Both the position numbers and the translations under genes were made by a program. From the human T2T-CHM13v2.0 reference genome, Homo sapiens: 64,000 bases of DNA. The stretch lies in assembly GCF_009914755.1 (NCBI RefSeq), contig NC_060946.1, one strand, 5' to 3'. Positions 63,981-64,000 of this stretch are shown here, piece after piece. Within the stretch, counting starts at the first letter, position 1; the number at the start of each line of letters is the position of its first letter. The notes beneath the pieces were generated by a model. It was not told where the DNA came from. It did not search any database and was given only the letters and a program-made list of their open reading frames with translations.

Positions 63981-64000
63981 AAGGCAGAGACAGAATAAGA

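Overview
This is human pericentromeric or acrocentric-type DNA; an AluYa5 supports human origin. It contains no intact protein-coding gene, and the ORF track is almost entirely repeat-derived noise. Layout: (1) 0.6-3.0 kb, a TG-rich minisatellite interrupted by a solo HERV-K LTR5; (2) 4.3-7.8 kb, L1MC, Alus and Tigger1 with a nested AluYa5; (3) 7.8-10.0 kb, a diverged D4Z4-like fragment carrying a frameshifted, homeobox-less DUX4 C-terminal pseudogene, fused directly to (4) 10.0-13.5 kb, a degenerate tandem of genomic 5S rDNA units (one full 5S pseudogene with an intact D-box, one 5' stub, one solo LTR2 insertion); (5) 13.5-22.1 kb, old L1s, unique sequence and a solo LTR6; (6) 22.1-51.1 kb, alpha satellite in which I saw no CENP-B boxes, with a strand inversion, a family switch, an exact 484-bp dispersed duplicate and exactly four near-identical copies of a 2736-bp 16-mer higher-order repeat (HOR); (7) 51.1-60.3 kb, a 130-bp L1PA 5' stub followed by a direct, diverged second copy of 9.7-22.1 kb; (8) MLT1, AluY and L1PA16-like repeats to the end. 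I found no new gene-based system. The most interesting signals are structural: a nascent alpha-satellite HOR with a readable birth junction, and a D4Z4/5S rDNA chimera whose 5S unit appears to lack the Alu of the canonical unit. Repeat subfamily names come from remembered consensus sequences and need RepeatMasker/Dfam confirmation. Identities are estimated by eye.
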